Positions 39,197-54,409 of a stretch of DNA of 64,000 nt are shown here, in pieces. Source of the stretch: Octopus sinensis (lineage: Eukaryota); assembly GCF_006345805.1 (NCBI RefSeq), contig NC_043014.1, positions 24,862,001 through 24,926,000 of the forward strand, read 5' to 3'. How positions within the stretch are numbered: the first letter of the stretch is position 1; each line of letters starts with the position of its first letter. A program made the position numbers and the translations under genes. The notes below the pieces were generated by a model. It did no database searches and was not told the DNA's origin. It was given only the letters and a program-made list of their open reading frames with translations.

Positions 39197-41927
39197 GGGA
39201 GCTTCCATGGTGTGCATGGTGGCAATGGATTTGGTTCCTGCAATGAGGAAGGAATCAGGCTGCTGGAGTTCTGTGATGCAAATGATCTTAGATCTGTAAT
39301 ACTAACTTCAGGAAACCTGCCAGTCACCTGTTCACCTACCAGTTTGGTGGGTACACTTGTCAGATTGATTACATTCTCATCAAGAAACATGAAAGATGGC
39401 TACTTATAAATGCCAAAACTTTCCCACAACATAGAATGCTCCCCACAACATAGGTTAGTAGTTAGTGACTTCAGGATCAGGGCTAAATGGTTGCCTAGAA
39501 GATGACCAATGTGGAAATGAAGGGTCTGGAAGCTTAAGGATCCTCTGACTGAACAGAGATTTAGAGATATATTACTTGAAGCTTTTGATAAAATAGAGGA
39601 GGATATAGGCATCACAAAATGTGAAGGACTACTGACCAGATCTGTAGATGGTGCAATGTCCCCTCTCGACCTAAAGTAACATGTAGTGGAACGATGTAGT
39701 TGACAAGGCCATTAGGGAAAAGTAATAGGCATGGAAAGACTGGAAGTGTAGTGGTAGCAGAGAACTGTCTCAGATCGTCAGAAGGGAAACTAGGAGACAG
39801 GTTTACTTAGACAGAGGGGAAGCAGATAAGAAGAAATTTGCCAATGTTCTGCATCATGAGGACTGGAGACTTGAACTGTTTTGAATTGCAAGACTGTGTG
39901 TAAGAGAAAACTGTGATATTATAGGAGAAAAATGTGTCCACATGGATGATGGCTCACTTGCATTTAATGATGCTGCAAAGAGACTTGGAGATGTCACTAT
40001 GAAAGGTTACTAAAAGAAAAGAATGAATGGGAGAAAGAGAGTCTGCTAAATATCGACCCAACAAGGGACCATCTACTTGAATTGACAATACTTTAGTAGA
40101 TAAAGCAATTAAGGGTATAAAGACAGGGAAATCTCTGGCCCATCAGGAATCACCGCTGAGATGCTTAAAATATCTGGCAATGTCGGTTATAATCTAGTCA
40201 CCCACATAGTTAACCAGGTGATACATGAAGGTGCTATACTCAATGACTGGTGTAGCAGCACTAGAGTAAACTGGTACAAAGGTAAAGGTGATGCCTTAGA
40301 AATAATTACAGAGGTATCAAATTGTTGGATTAGGTGATGAAAGTCATAGCCTAACTAATTAGGGAGAGAGTTAGTTTAGATGAGATGCAGTTTGGGTTTT
40401 TGCCAGAGAGAAGCACCACTGATACTATATTTCTGGTAAAACAGCTGCAGGAGAAATACCTAGCCAAAGATAAACCTCTGTACTTGGCTTTTGTTGACAT
40501 GGAGAAAGCCTTTGACAGAGTCCCCCAAACCTTTATCTGGTGGTCAATGCAGAAACTAGGGATAGACGAGTGGTTGGTGAAAGCTATACAAGCCATGTAC
40601 AGGGATGCTGCCAGTATGGTGAGGGTTGACAACAAGTATAGTGAAGTATTCCGGGTAGAAGCAGGGGTTCATGAAGGAATAGTCCTCAGCCACCTATTGT
40701 TCATCTCAGACCTCCAGACAGTAACAGAAAAATTCAAGACGGGCTGCCCCCAGGAACTCCTCTATGCTGATGACCTTGCTCTAATAGCTGAGTCACTACC
40801 AGAACTAGAGAAGAAGTTTCAGGTGTGGAATCAAGGTCTAAAATCGAAGGACCTTAGGGTTAACCTAGTAAAAACCAAAGTTTTAGTAAGTAGGAAGGTG
40901 GACAAATCACAAATCCCTTCAGGTAGATGGCCCTGCTTGATCTGTAGAAAAAGTGCATAGGTAGAAACTCCATAAGATATACCCGGTGAAAGCTATGGAC
41001 ACTTAAGAGATGCAGCAATATCAAAAGAAGATTAACTGGGAAGATAGTTTTTGTGTGTGGCAGATACACATGTGCAATAAACACCGAAGATATAGAGAAA
41101 ACAGATTCTATCAATGCCAGGGGTAAAAACTAGAAGTAGTTCATAGCTTCCATTACCTAGGAGACCAAGTCAGTAGCAGGGTGGATGCTCTGAGAGCATA
41201 GCTGCTAAAATAAGAATAGCCTGAGCAAAGTTCAGATTGCTCATACCTCTGCTAGTAACAAAGGGCCTCTCGCTCAGAGTGAAAGGTAGATTGTATGATG
41301 CCTGTGTGCAAACTGCCATGCTATACAGCAGTGAAACATGGGCTGTGATGGCTGAGGACATGCATAGGCTTGAAAGAAATGAAGCTTGTATGCTCTGCTG
41401 GATGTGTAATGTCAGTGTGCATGCATGGCAGAGAGTAAACATCCCGAGAGAAAAGTTGAACATAAGAAGCATCAAATTTGGTGTGCCAGAGAGATGACTG
41501 TGCTGGTATAGTCATGTGATGCATGTGGTCAAGGACAGCTGTGTGAAGAAGTGTCACACCCTAACAGTGGAAGGAACCTGTGGAAAAGGTAGACCCAGGA
41601 ATACATTGGATGACATGGTGAAGCACGAACTTCAGACATTGGGCCTCACAGAGGCAATGACAAAGAATCAAAACTTTTGGAGACATGCTGTACTTGAGAA
41701 GTGATGTGCCATGCATGTGAAGACTTGTTGAACTGAGTGAAACCGATGGCATGGCCAATGTCAGTGCCCCTTGACTGGCACTCATGCTAGTGGTGTTAGG
41801 AAGGGCATTCAGTGGTAGAAACCATGCCAGATCAGATTGGAGCCTGACTAAGCCTTCCAGCTTACCAGTTCTCAGTCAAACTGTCCAACCCATGCCAGCA
41901 TGGAAAGCGGATGTTAAACGTTATGGT

Positions 41928-41930
<3 letters not shown>
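39197..41930 (+). mobile_element. Decayed RTE LINE
   Basis: Endonuclease remnant, RT (QFGF, DMEKAFD, LLYADD), C4HC3 finger remnant, C-terminus, 3' end gcatggaaagcggatgttaaacg. Many stops. Confidence 0.9.
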
Positions 41931-41977
<47 letters not shown>

Positions 41978-42034
41978 TCATATATATATATATATATATA
42001 CATATACACACACATACAGGTGTGTGTGTGTGTG

Positions 42035-44473
42035 TGTGGTGTTATGAGCCAGGCTGTGTTGTAGGGAAGGACAGGAAGTGAGGGAGTAGGCATGTTCTAT
42101 TGGAAGTGGGGCCTGCAGATCCCATCAGAAGTGCCACAGTGGACGTACGCCATTCAGTGAAGCAGAAAGGTCAGTCAGTGGCAAACAGCACATCAGAATG
42201 GACGTGTGAGAAGGAAGACCATTGGCTATCGCACGTGGATGTGGAGTGTACCTTGGAGATCATGACAGCACATGGATGTTAAAAGTGACCATTTCTCCGG
42301 ACCGACAGGTAAGACTACCATAATTCTTTCTTCGCTTCTGTCTTTTTTCTTCCTTTACATCACACGCTATTTCAGCTCAAACGAAGAAGAAAAAAAAATT
42401 ATGGGTATTGTCCATGTTTCAAATGAGACAGTTAAGCCATTTTGTGGCAAGGGAGATGTGACCACTTGGCTGCAAAAAAATTAAGTTGGAGGCAAGACTC
42501 CAAGGTATAGAAAATCTAGTGAATTTTATACTGCTATACCTCGATGGATCGGCATTGGTGCTATACTTGGAAATGGAAGAGAAGGACTAGTTGAGCACAG
42601 AAAAAATAGAAGGCCGGCTGATGGTGGCTTTCACAGAAGGGCCATTTATGGCATATGGTTGACTAGAGAAAACAAAGTGGATGGGCGAAGAGGTCAATGT
42701 GTTTGCCAACAAAATCAGATTGTCTAGACTTGTGGGATATAGAGATGGCACATTAGAACAAACTGTAAAATTAGCCTTTGTAACAGGATTTCCTGACCAC
42801 GTGTTGGTCGAGCTGCAAAAGCTGCCAAACATTCAGTCTATGGCAATGGGAGAGGTAATCTCTCAGGCCAGAGCCATCGACTTGTGTTACATGATGACAC
42901 CTTTGGCAGCAACTGCAACACCGAGAAGGGGATGAACAAAGAGCAGTGGAGAGGGGTCGAACAAGGAATGTGTGCAACCCTTCAAAGGGCTGTGTTTTCG
43001 GTGTCAGGATTCACACATGGCGAGGGAATGCAGGGAACCCAGGCCTGGTGTGATTTGCTATTGATGCACAGATAGGCCACATCGCTAGTGAATGCATGCA
43101 GGGAAACGGTCCAGGGGAGACTACTGCGCCACTAGTGGTCCCATCAAAGGAATAGAGGTGCATTTACAGTTGTTACCAGGAGTAGAAGTCATGGCGAACG
43201 GAAAGGTGTCATGAGCCCTTGTGGACACGGGCTGCTCAACAACCCTAATTGTTTCTAGAAGTGGTAGAAGAATAGAGTGGAGTGAGTAGTGTAAGGGCTG
43301 TTGATGGTACGGTAGTTGAATGCAGAGGAAGTAGCGATGTGGAGATGGCGGTACGAGGAACAAGATTGAGGTTGCAGGCTATTGTGATTGATTGTGTAGG
43401 GGATGGGACCAATGTTATGATGGGGATGGATACCATTGTCCGCTTGGGAGGTGTTACGGTCAATGAAGCCGGTGATGTGGAGGTGCTATGCACTGTGAGT
43501 TTGCAACAGGAGAGTGGTGAGAGCTGCAAAGAAAAATATGCTGCACACACCATCACAGACAAAGATTTTCAAGCTGTTTTCGATGGCCGGCAGTCAACTG
43601 TAGAGTGGCACTGGAAGGGAGATCCTCCTACATTGAAGAACACGGTAGGTTGCTATCAGCATATCCTGAAAGGGGATGCCAGAAGTGAGTTCGAGAGAGA
43701 GGTGGAGCGGCAGATCAAAGAAGGTATTCTGATTCCTTGGAAGGAGGAAGTGAAAACTGGAATGCTACTGCTGATAGCAGTGGTGCAGCTGACGAAACAT
43801 AAAGTCAAGCCAGTATTGGATTTCCGGGAACTGAACGACCAAGTATTGTGCCATACGGGCAGTGAAGCTACGAACATTTGTATCAAAACCATGTACTGTA
43901 TCACCGTGTCCCACAGAAGAGAAGGAGCATGCCTTTGTGCAGGTCGGAGAAGTCTGGGTTAAACCCCCAAATATGCGGTGCACATCACAGTGGGAAAAGG
44001 GGACAATAACCTCTGAATTTGAGGAACAACGTATCTGTAGATGGCATGCCATGACATGTTTTGGATGTGCACAGGGTCATCACTGCGATGGAAGCTGGCA
44101 GGAACATGCTAGGCACTGTGCCATCCTCACTGGTTGGCTGATTACGAAACAAGTTAAGGTGTGTGGTCAGGGTTGAGAAGAGGGTGTGGGCAGGCTGGTT
44201 GACTGATCTTCAGATGGGGAGGTCGTGTGGTGTTATGAGCCAGGCTGTGTTGTAAGGAAGGATCGGAAGTGAGGGAGTAGACATGTCCTGTTGGAAGTGG
44301 GGCCTGCGGATCTCACCGGAAATGCTGCAGTGGACATGCGGCATTCAGTGAACATGAGGGTCAGTTGGTGGCAAACAGCACATCAGAGTGGACGTGTGAG
44401 GAGGTAGAGCATCGGATAGTGCATGTGGAGTGAACCTTGGAGATTGTGACAGCACGTGGATGTTGAAAGTGAC
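42035..44473 (+). mobile_element. Gypsy-type LTR retrotransposon, internally deleted
   Basis: Two diverged LTRs starting tgtggtgttatgagcc (42035-~42320 and 44226-44473). gag from 42401 with two CCHC-like knuckles, protease LVDTGCS (~43220), RT start (VLDFRELN), then the integrase tail (VWVKPP). Purine tract before the 3' LTR. Confidence 0.85.
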
Positions 44474-44486
44474 CCTTAGGTCACCA

Positions 44487-46035
44487 TAGCAGCACCATAG
44501 TCAACTGCTACAAGGGTAGCTTTAGACAGAAATAAATATAGGGGTATCAAATTATTGGATCAGGTGATGAAAGAAACAGAGAGGGTCATAGCCCAACTAA
44601 TTAGGGAGAGAGTTAGTCTAGATGAGATGCAGTTTGGTTTTGTGCCAGGCAGAAGCACCAATGATGCTATATTTCTGGTAAGGCAACTGCAGGAGAAATA
44701 TCTAGGCAAAGATAAACCTCTGTACTTGTTGACATGGAGAAAGCCTTTGACAGGTCCCCCGATCCCTTATCTGCAGAAACTGGGGACAGACAAGTGGTTG
44801 GTAAGAGCGGTACAAGCCCTGTACAGGGATGCTGTCAGTAAGGTGAGGGTTGGCAATGAGTATAGTGAAGAATTCCGAGTAGAAGTAGGGGTTCACCAAG
44901 GATTAGTCCTCAGCTCTCTCTTATTCTTTAGAGTCCTCCAGGCAATAACAGAGGCATTCAAGACAAGCTGCCCCTGGGAGCTCCTTGTCCTAATAGCCAA
45001 GTCACTGCTGAACTAGAGCAAAGTGTAAGGTGTGGAAGCAAGGTCTAGAATCGAAGGGCCTTAGGGTTAACCTAGCAAAAACCAAAGTCTGAGTAAGTTG
45101 GAAGACTGTCAAAGATTGCCCCTTCAGATAGATGGCCTTCCTTGATCTGTAGAAAAAGCATGGGTAGTAACTTGGTATAAACTATGTACCTTGGTGTAAG
45201 CTATGGAGATATAAAAGGTGCAGCAATATGAAAGGAAGGTTAACTGGGAAAATAGTTTTTGTGTGTGGCAGATGCACAGGGGCAATAAACACTGAAGATG
45301 TACAGAAAACAGATTCCATTATATGCCAGGGGGAAAAACTAGAAGTAGTTAATAGCTTCCACTGCCTAGGTGACCGAGTCAGTAGTGGGGGTGGATGCTC
45401 TGAAAGTGTAGTGGCTAGAATAAGAATAGCCTGGGAGCTTCTACCTCTGCTGGCAACTAAGGGCCTCTCACTCAGAGTGAAAAGGAGACTGTATGATGCA
45501 TGTGTGTGAACAGCCATGCTACACGGCAGTGAAACATGGGCCATGATTGCTGAGGACATACGTAGTCTTGAAAGAAATGAAGCTAGTATGATCCTCTAGA
45601 TGTGGTATGTCACTGTGCATACATGACAGAGAGTAAATACCCTGAGAGAAAAGTTGGGCATAAGAAGCATCAATTGTAGTGTGCAAGAGAGACAACTGTG
45701 CTGGTATGGTCATGTGTTATGTAAGGATGAGGACAGCTGTGTGAGGAAGTGTCACTCCCTAACTGTGGATGAGCCTGTGGAAGAGGTAGACCCAGGAAGA
45801 CATGGGATGATGTAGTGAACATTGGCTTCTGAACATTGGGCTTCACAGAGGCAATGACAAAGGACCAAGACCTTTCAAGACATGCTGTGATTGAGAAGAC
45901 CTGGCAACTAAAGTGAGATCACAGCCATGCATGTCCAGCCGAATTAAGAGTAACCCTGATGCATTGTGTGATATGATATGCTTGAGAAGACCTGTTGAGT
46001 CAAGTAAAATCAATATCATAGCTGTGGCCAGTGCC
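44487..46035 (+). mobile_element. 5'-truncated decayed RTE LINE
   Basis: Starts in the RT N-terminus (NYRGIKLLDQVMK), then QFGF, C4HC3 remnant, C-terminus and partial 3' UTR. Confidence 0.9.
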
Positions 46036-47781
46036 CCCTGACTGTGAAAAGTCCCGCCTGAAAATAAAACTGTTGGAAATTGAAAAATGTCTGCAACTCT
46101 CCCATGAAAAGGAAGGAGCAGACAAAGAAGCCTGGGCCATAGACAATATAAAATCTAACCCCAGAGCTTTCTACAGGTATGCCAAAGAAACAGCTACGGT
46201 GCACTGTAGGATAGGGCCACTCCTTGAAAAGGATGGCACACTCACAGGAAAACCAATGAGGGTAAGTGAAATACAGAATGAGCAATTCAAGATTGTTTTC
46301 ACTCCACCCATTGGGCATTTCCAAATCACCAATCCAACTGACTTCTTTACCACTGCAGATATAAAATCAGAGGCGGCGACGATAGATTACATTGATATAA
46401 AGGAAGACGATGTAATAAAGGCTATAGATGAAATGAAAACAGACTCAGCTAAGGCCCCGATGGATTCCCGGCAATCCTCCTAAAAGTATGTAAGAGAGTC
46501 CTAGCAAGACCACTGCAGTTCCTCTTTCAGAGCTTCCTTGCAGCTGGCAAACTTCCAAGAAAACTGAAGGAAGGTAAAATATGCCCTATTCATAAAGGAG
46601 GTAGCAGAGCAGAGGCCAAGAACTACAGACCTATCTCTCTGACCTCACACATCAGCAAGGTCATGGAACGAATAGTCAGAAGGAAGCTGATCACCTTCCT
46701 TGAAGAGAATGACTTGCTGCCCGACACCCAACATGGTTTCTGACCAGGGAGAAGCTGCTTAACTCAGCTCCTACAACACTATGACTGGATGCTGAAACGA
46801 CTGCTCAACCACTCAAATGTGGAAGTCATATATCTCGACTTTGCAAAGGCCTTTGATAAAGTCGATCATGGTATGATATGTCACAAACTGCGTGATCTCA
46901 GCATAGTTGGAAAATTGGGAGAATGGCTTCATGACTTTCTGAAAGATAGAAGTCAGGTGGTAGTAGCCAATGGGGCCACTTCCGTTAACATGCAAATAGT
47001 GAGCGGTGTTCCGCAGGGCACTGTTTTGGGACCACTACTGTTCATAATGGCCCTCTCAGACATGCCTTCAGCCACGCAGAGAGCCACGATCACAAGTTAT
47101 GAAGATGATACAAAAGTTTCAACGGCAATGCAGAAACATGAAGACACTAAGCACCTGCAATGTGAGCTGGACAAAATATACAAGTGGGCTGAAAAGAATA
47201 GCATGCAGTTCAATGCTGAAAAGTTTCAAGCTATATGCTATCAGCATGCAAAACTGAATGCAATACCCAATGAATGCACTGGACCCGGAGGGATTGCAAT
47301 TCCAGAGGCACAATCAGTGCATGACCTGGGTATTTACATGAGTGATGACGCAACCTTTCATGTACATGTTGCTAAACTGGCAATGAAATGTAGACGACTG
47401 GCCTGATGGATTCTTAGAACCTTTAGAACAAGAGAAAAAGAAAAACCATGATGGTCCTCGGAAGACACTTGTCCTAAGCCACTTTGACTATGCTCTCCTA
47501 TGGTCACCATCCAGTGTCAAGTTGATCACAGAACTTGAGGCGATCCAACGAAGCTACACGAAGAAGATAGCCTCTGTGCAGAATATAAGCTACTGTGAAA
47601 GACTCAAGAGATTAAAACTCTATTCTTGGAGCGTAGGCGAGAAAGATATGCCATAATATATATCTGGAAGGACTTGTCCCAAACTTTGGCATCGTGAGTC
47701 ACACAAATGCCAGAACCGGGCGCCACTGCATGGTACCAAGGACTCCAAATTTGCCATCAAGATGTAGGACAAGATACTGTG
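46036..47781 (+). mobile_element. CR1-type LINE ORF2 fragment (RT), cut by the assembly gap
   Basis: NPRAFYRYAK, NYRPISLTSHISKVME, QHGF, YLDFAKAFDKVDHG, GVPQGTVLGPLLF, YEDDTK, FNAEKF. Confidence 0.88.
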
Positions 47782-47881
47782 NNNNNNNNNNNNNNNNNNN
47801 NNNNNNNNNNNNNNNNNNNNNNNNNNNNNNNNNNNNNNNNNNNNNNNNNNNNNNNNNNNNNNNNNNNNNNNNNNNNNNNNN
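47782..47881. other. Scaffold gap (100 N)
   Basis: Run of n. Confidence 1.
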
Positions 47882-47910
47882 GGCCTTTTTCATAGCGTTT
47901 TTCAGAGATG

Positions 47911-47984
47911 GCCAAGATAACCGAAGAGATGGTGGGTGTTGATTTCCACCTCGGCATCCAAAACACAGAGTGTTTTGTCTTGGC
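47911..47984 (+). ncRNA. Hammerhead motif, CCGAAGA variant with damaged GAAA
   Basis: 10-bp stem I GCCAAGAUAA/UUGUCUUGGC; CCGAAGA; GAUG.GUGG/CCAC.CAUC; CAAAAC in place of GAAAC; AC(AGA)GU GUU. Confidence 0.5.
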
Positions 47985-48079
47985 TACTGATAATTGTCAC
48001 ATTATTTTACAGATAACTTCCCCTATTTACATAAATACTGAGGTCTCTTTCTTTCTTTTGTTATCTTACAGTTTTTTTA

Positions 48080-48118
<39 letters not shown>

Positions 48119-48208
48119 TATATTATATGGTATATATATATTTATTATGTATTATAATAATTTATTGTATATATTTATATATGTATATATTTATATATGT
48201 ATATATTT

Positions 48209-48243
<35 letters not shown>

Positions 48244-48586
48244 ATATATATATTTATATTATATATATTATATATATATATATTTATATATATATATATT
48301 TAATATATATATATATTTATATATATATATCTTTTATATATAAAATTTATATATATATATATTTATATATATTATATTTATATATATATATTATTATATA
48401 TATATTTATATATATATATATTATTTATATATATATATTTATATATATATATATTTATCTATATTATATTTATATATTATCTATTTATATATATATATAT
48501 TTTATATATATATATATTTATATATATATATATTTATATTATATATATTTATATATTATAATATATATATATATATATTTATATAT

Positions 48587-49100
48587 TTAGTAATACTAAG
48601 CAATAGGGTTTAGCAACGAGTTGCCTTACCACATACCGAATTTAGAAATAGCAGTCAAAGGGTTATAGCTATTTCTTCTACTAAAAAGGGAGATCTCAGT
48701 AAAAACAGCATTTGGAAGGCAGACACAAACAGGTAAGAGAGAATGAATTGACTGCAATCTATCATACATTTTTTTTTTTTTTTTTTTGTCACATTATTTT
48801 ACAGATAAATTCCCCTATTTACATAATCTGGGTCTTTCTTTCTTCTTTTGTTATCTTACAGTTTTTTACCATATATATTATATATATATATATATTATAT
48901 ATATATAAAAAAAAAAATGTATGATAGATTGCAGTCAATTCATTCTCTCTTACCTGTTTTTGTGTCTGCCTTCCAAATGCTGTTTTTACTGAGATCTCCC
49001 TTTTTAGTAGAAGAAATAGCTATACCTTTGACTGCTATTTCTAAATTCGGTATGTGGTAAGGCAACTCGTTGCTAAACCCTTATTGCTTAGTATTACTTA
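48587..49100. repeat. ~200-bp inverted repeat pair embedded in (TA)n
   Basis: 48587-48785 is the near-identical reverse complement of 48907-49100. The spacer is homologous to 47995-48082 and 58660-58745. Confidence 0.8.
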
Positions 49101-49248
49101 AATTTTCCTCGAATGAGGCTTTTACATGCCGAAGACTACTTGGTGTAATGATAATTTTTCCAAATTAATTAATTCACCCTTCATTATTACGGATAACCAT
49201 ATTTATATATTTATATATATATATATTTATATATATATATATATATAT

Positions 49249-49291
<43 letters not shown>

Positions 49292-49409
49292 ATATATATA
49301 TATTTTATATATATATATATTATATATATATATAATATATTTATATATATATTTATATATATATTATATATATATTTATATATATATATATATATATTTA
49401 TATTATATT

Positions 49410-49444
<35 letters not shown>

Positions 49445-49781
49445 TTATATATATATTTATATATATATATTTATATTATTTATATATATTTATATATATA
49501 TTTATATTTATATATATAATATATTTATATATATCTTATATTATATTAATTATATAATATTTATATATATATTTATATTTATATCTATGATATATTTATA
49601 TATTCTATACTTATATATATATATTATATATATTTATCTATATATATCTATATATATATATATTATATATATAATATATTATATATATATATATATTTAA
49701 TATTATATATAATTATATATATATATATTTATATATATAATTATTTTTATATATATATATATTTATATATTATATATATTT

Positions 49782-49812
<31 letters not shown>

Positions 49813-49829
49813 ATTTTATATCATATATT

Positions 49830-50686
49830 AAGGGCTAAAGAGGGTTATTCTAAAGCCAAATACCTGTTTTATCCACCCTTATAATCCGCTTGTTCCAGGA
49901 AAATTGAAACTGAAAACGGGCAACTAACCTTTAGAAAATTTAAATTTCGTTATCTCTATATTGAATCAATTTCGGACTTAATCTTATAAAAAAAGATATA
50001 TTCCTTCTTCAGTAGAACTTTCGATGGGATATAAATAAAATACTCACGTATGATCATGGAAAAAGCACAAGCTAAAAACATAACTACACTTGAGTACATC
50101 ATGTATATTGCAACCGTAACGGTTTTTTTAAATATACTGCCCACGCTTCCTGATGAATTCCTTTGCTGTAGAGTAAGGGACTTCATCCTATATTGCTTAG
50201 TAGTAAACTCGATGCTTGCTACAGGAGGACTGGTAACCATTACAATTTGTAGCGGCGAAAGGTCTGGACGTTGTTTTCTGAGGCTGACCAAAGAATTTTT
50301 TATTTTAGATATAAATGATGTACTCAGTGTAGTTATGTTTTAGCTTGTGCTTTTTCCATGATCATACGTGAGTATTTTATTTATATCCCATCGAAAGTTC
50401 TACTGAAGAAGGAATATATCTTTTTTTATAAGATTAAGTCCGAAATTGATTCAATATAGAGATAACGAAATTTAAATTTTCTAAAGGTTAGTTGCCCGTT
50501 TCAGTTTCAATTTTCCTGTAACAAGCGGATTATAAGTGGATAAAACTGTATTTGGCTTTAGAATAACCCTCTTAGCCCTTAATTATATGATGTATATTGC
50601 AACCGTAACGGTTTTTTTAAATATACTGCCCACGCTTTGATGAATTCCTTTGCTGTATAGAGTAAGGGACTTCATCCTATATTGCT
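49830..50686 (+). mobile_element. Non-coding HHR element: 5' inverted arm, ~489-bp unit, partial repeat
   Basis: 49830-50100 is inverted at 50310-50580. tgtatattgcaacc occurs at 50102 and 50591. Flanked by (TA)n. Confidence 0.8.
50398..50461 (+). ncRNA. Type-I hammerhead ribozyme
   Basis: UUCUA-CUGAAGA-a-GGA...AUCUU/AAGAU...UCC-GAAAUUG(AUU)CAAUA-UAGAG. Inverted copy at 49954-50017 (-). Confidence 0.75.
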
Positions 50687-53446
<2,760 letters not shown>

Positions 53447-53752
53447 AGTCCCACTGCGTGGCATCTTGGGCAAGTGTCTTCTGCTATAGCCCGGGCCGAC
53501 CAATGGCTTGTGAGTTGATTTGGTAGACGGAAAACTGAAAGAAGCCTGTCGTATATATGTATATATGTATATGTGTGTGTGTTTGTGTGTCTGTGTTTGT
53601 CCCCCAGCATTGCTTGACAACCGATGCTGGTGTGTTTAGGTCCCGTCACTTAGCGGTTCGGCAAAAAGAGACCGATAGAATAAGTACTAAAAGGTGGTGC
53701 TCCAGCATGGCCGCAGTCAAATGACTGAAACAAGTAAAAAAGAGTAAAAAAG
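53447..53752 (+). mobile_element. Octopus-type SINE, 5'-truncated at the B box
   Basis: cagtcccactgcgtggcatcttgggcaagtgtcttct...gacggaaaactgaaagaagcc, internal (TG)n, then ccagcatggccgcagtcaaatgactgaaacaag. Confidence 0.8.
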
Positions 53753-53769
53753 AGATATTTATATATATA

Positions 53770-53818
<49 letters not shown>

Positions 53819-53892
53819 TATATATACATATATATATATATATATATACATATTTATATATATATATATATATAATATATATATATATATTT

Positions 53893-53925
<33 letters not shown>

Positions 53926-53957
53926 AATATTTATATATATATATATATCTATATATT

Positions 53958-53992
<35 letters not shown>

Positions 53993-53995
53993 ATT

Positions 53996-54032
<37 letters not shown>

Positions 54033-54060
54033 AATATATTTTTATATATAATATTATATT

Positions 54061-54111
<51 letters not shown>

Positions 54112-54120
54112 ATATTTATA

Positions 54121-54182
54121 TGGCGGTGCCCCAGCATGGCCACAGCTCATGAGCTGAAAGTAGATGAAATGATGAAATGAAA
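54121..54182 (+). mobile_element. SINE 3' tail remnant; inverted twin at 58543-58602
   Basis: ggcggtgccccagcatggccacagctcatgagctgaaa...gatgaaatgatgaaatgaa. Confidence 0.6.
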
Positions 54183-54324
54183 TATATATATATTTATATA
54201 TATATATGTATATTATATATTTATATATATTTATATATACATATATATTTATATATATGTATATATTTATATATATATATATTTATATATATTTTTATAT
54301 AGATATTATATATATAATTATATA

Positions 54325-54367
<43 letters not shown>

Positions 54368-54409
54368 ATATTTATGTGTATATATATATTATATATATAT
54401 ATATATATT

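Noticed and set aside
48985-49030. CTGAGA...GAAATAGCTATA as a hammerhead
   Set aside because: N7 is missing and no stem I; kept only as part of the conserved-motif finding.
50150-50192. CTGATGA at ~50153 as a second hammerhead core
   Set aside because: No GAAA follows, and the motif is sequestered in a simple hairpin.
53700-53740. SINE tail hairpin agtc-aaat-gact followed by GAAACAAGTA as a hammerhead
   Set aside because: It resembles the stem II-GAAA half, but no CUGANGA-like core or stem I lies upstream.
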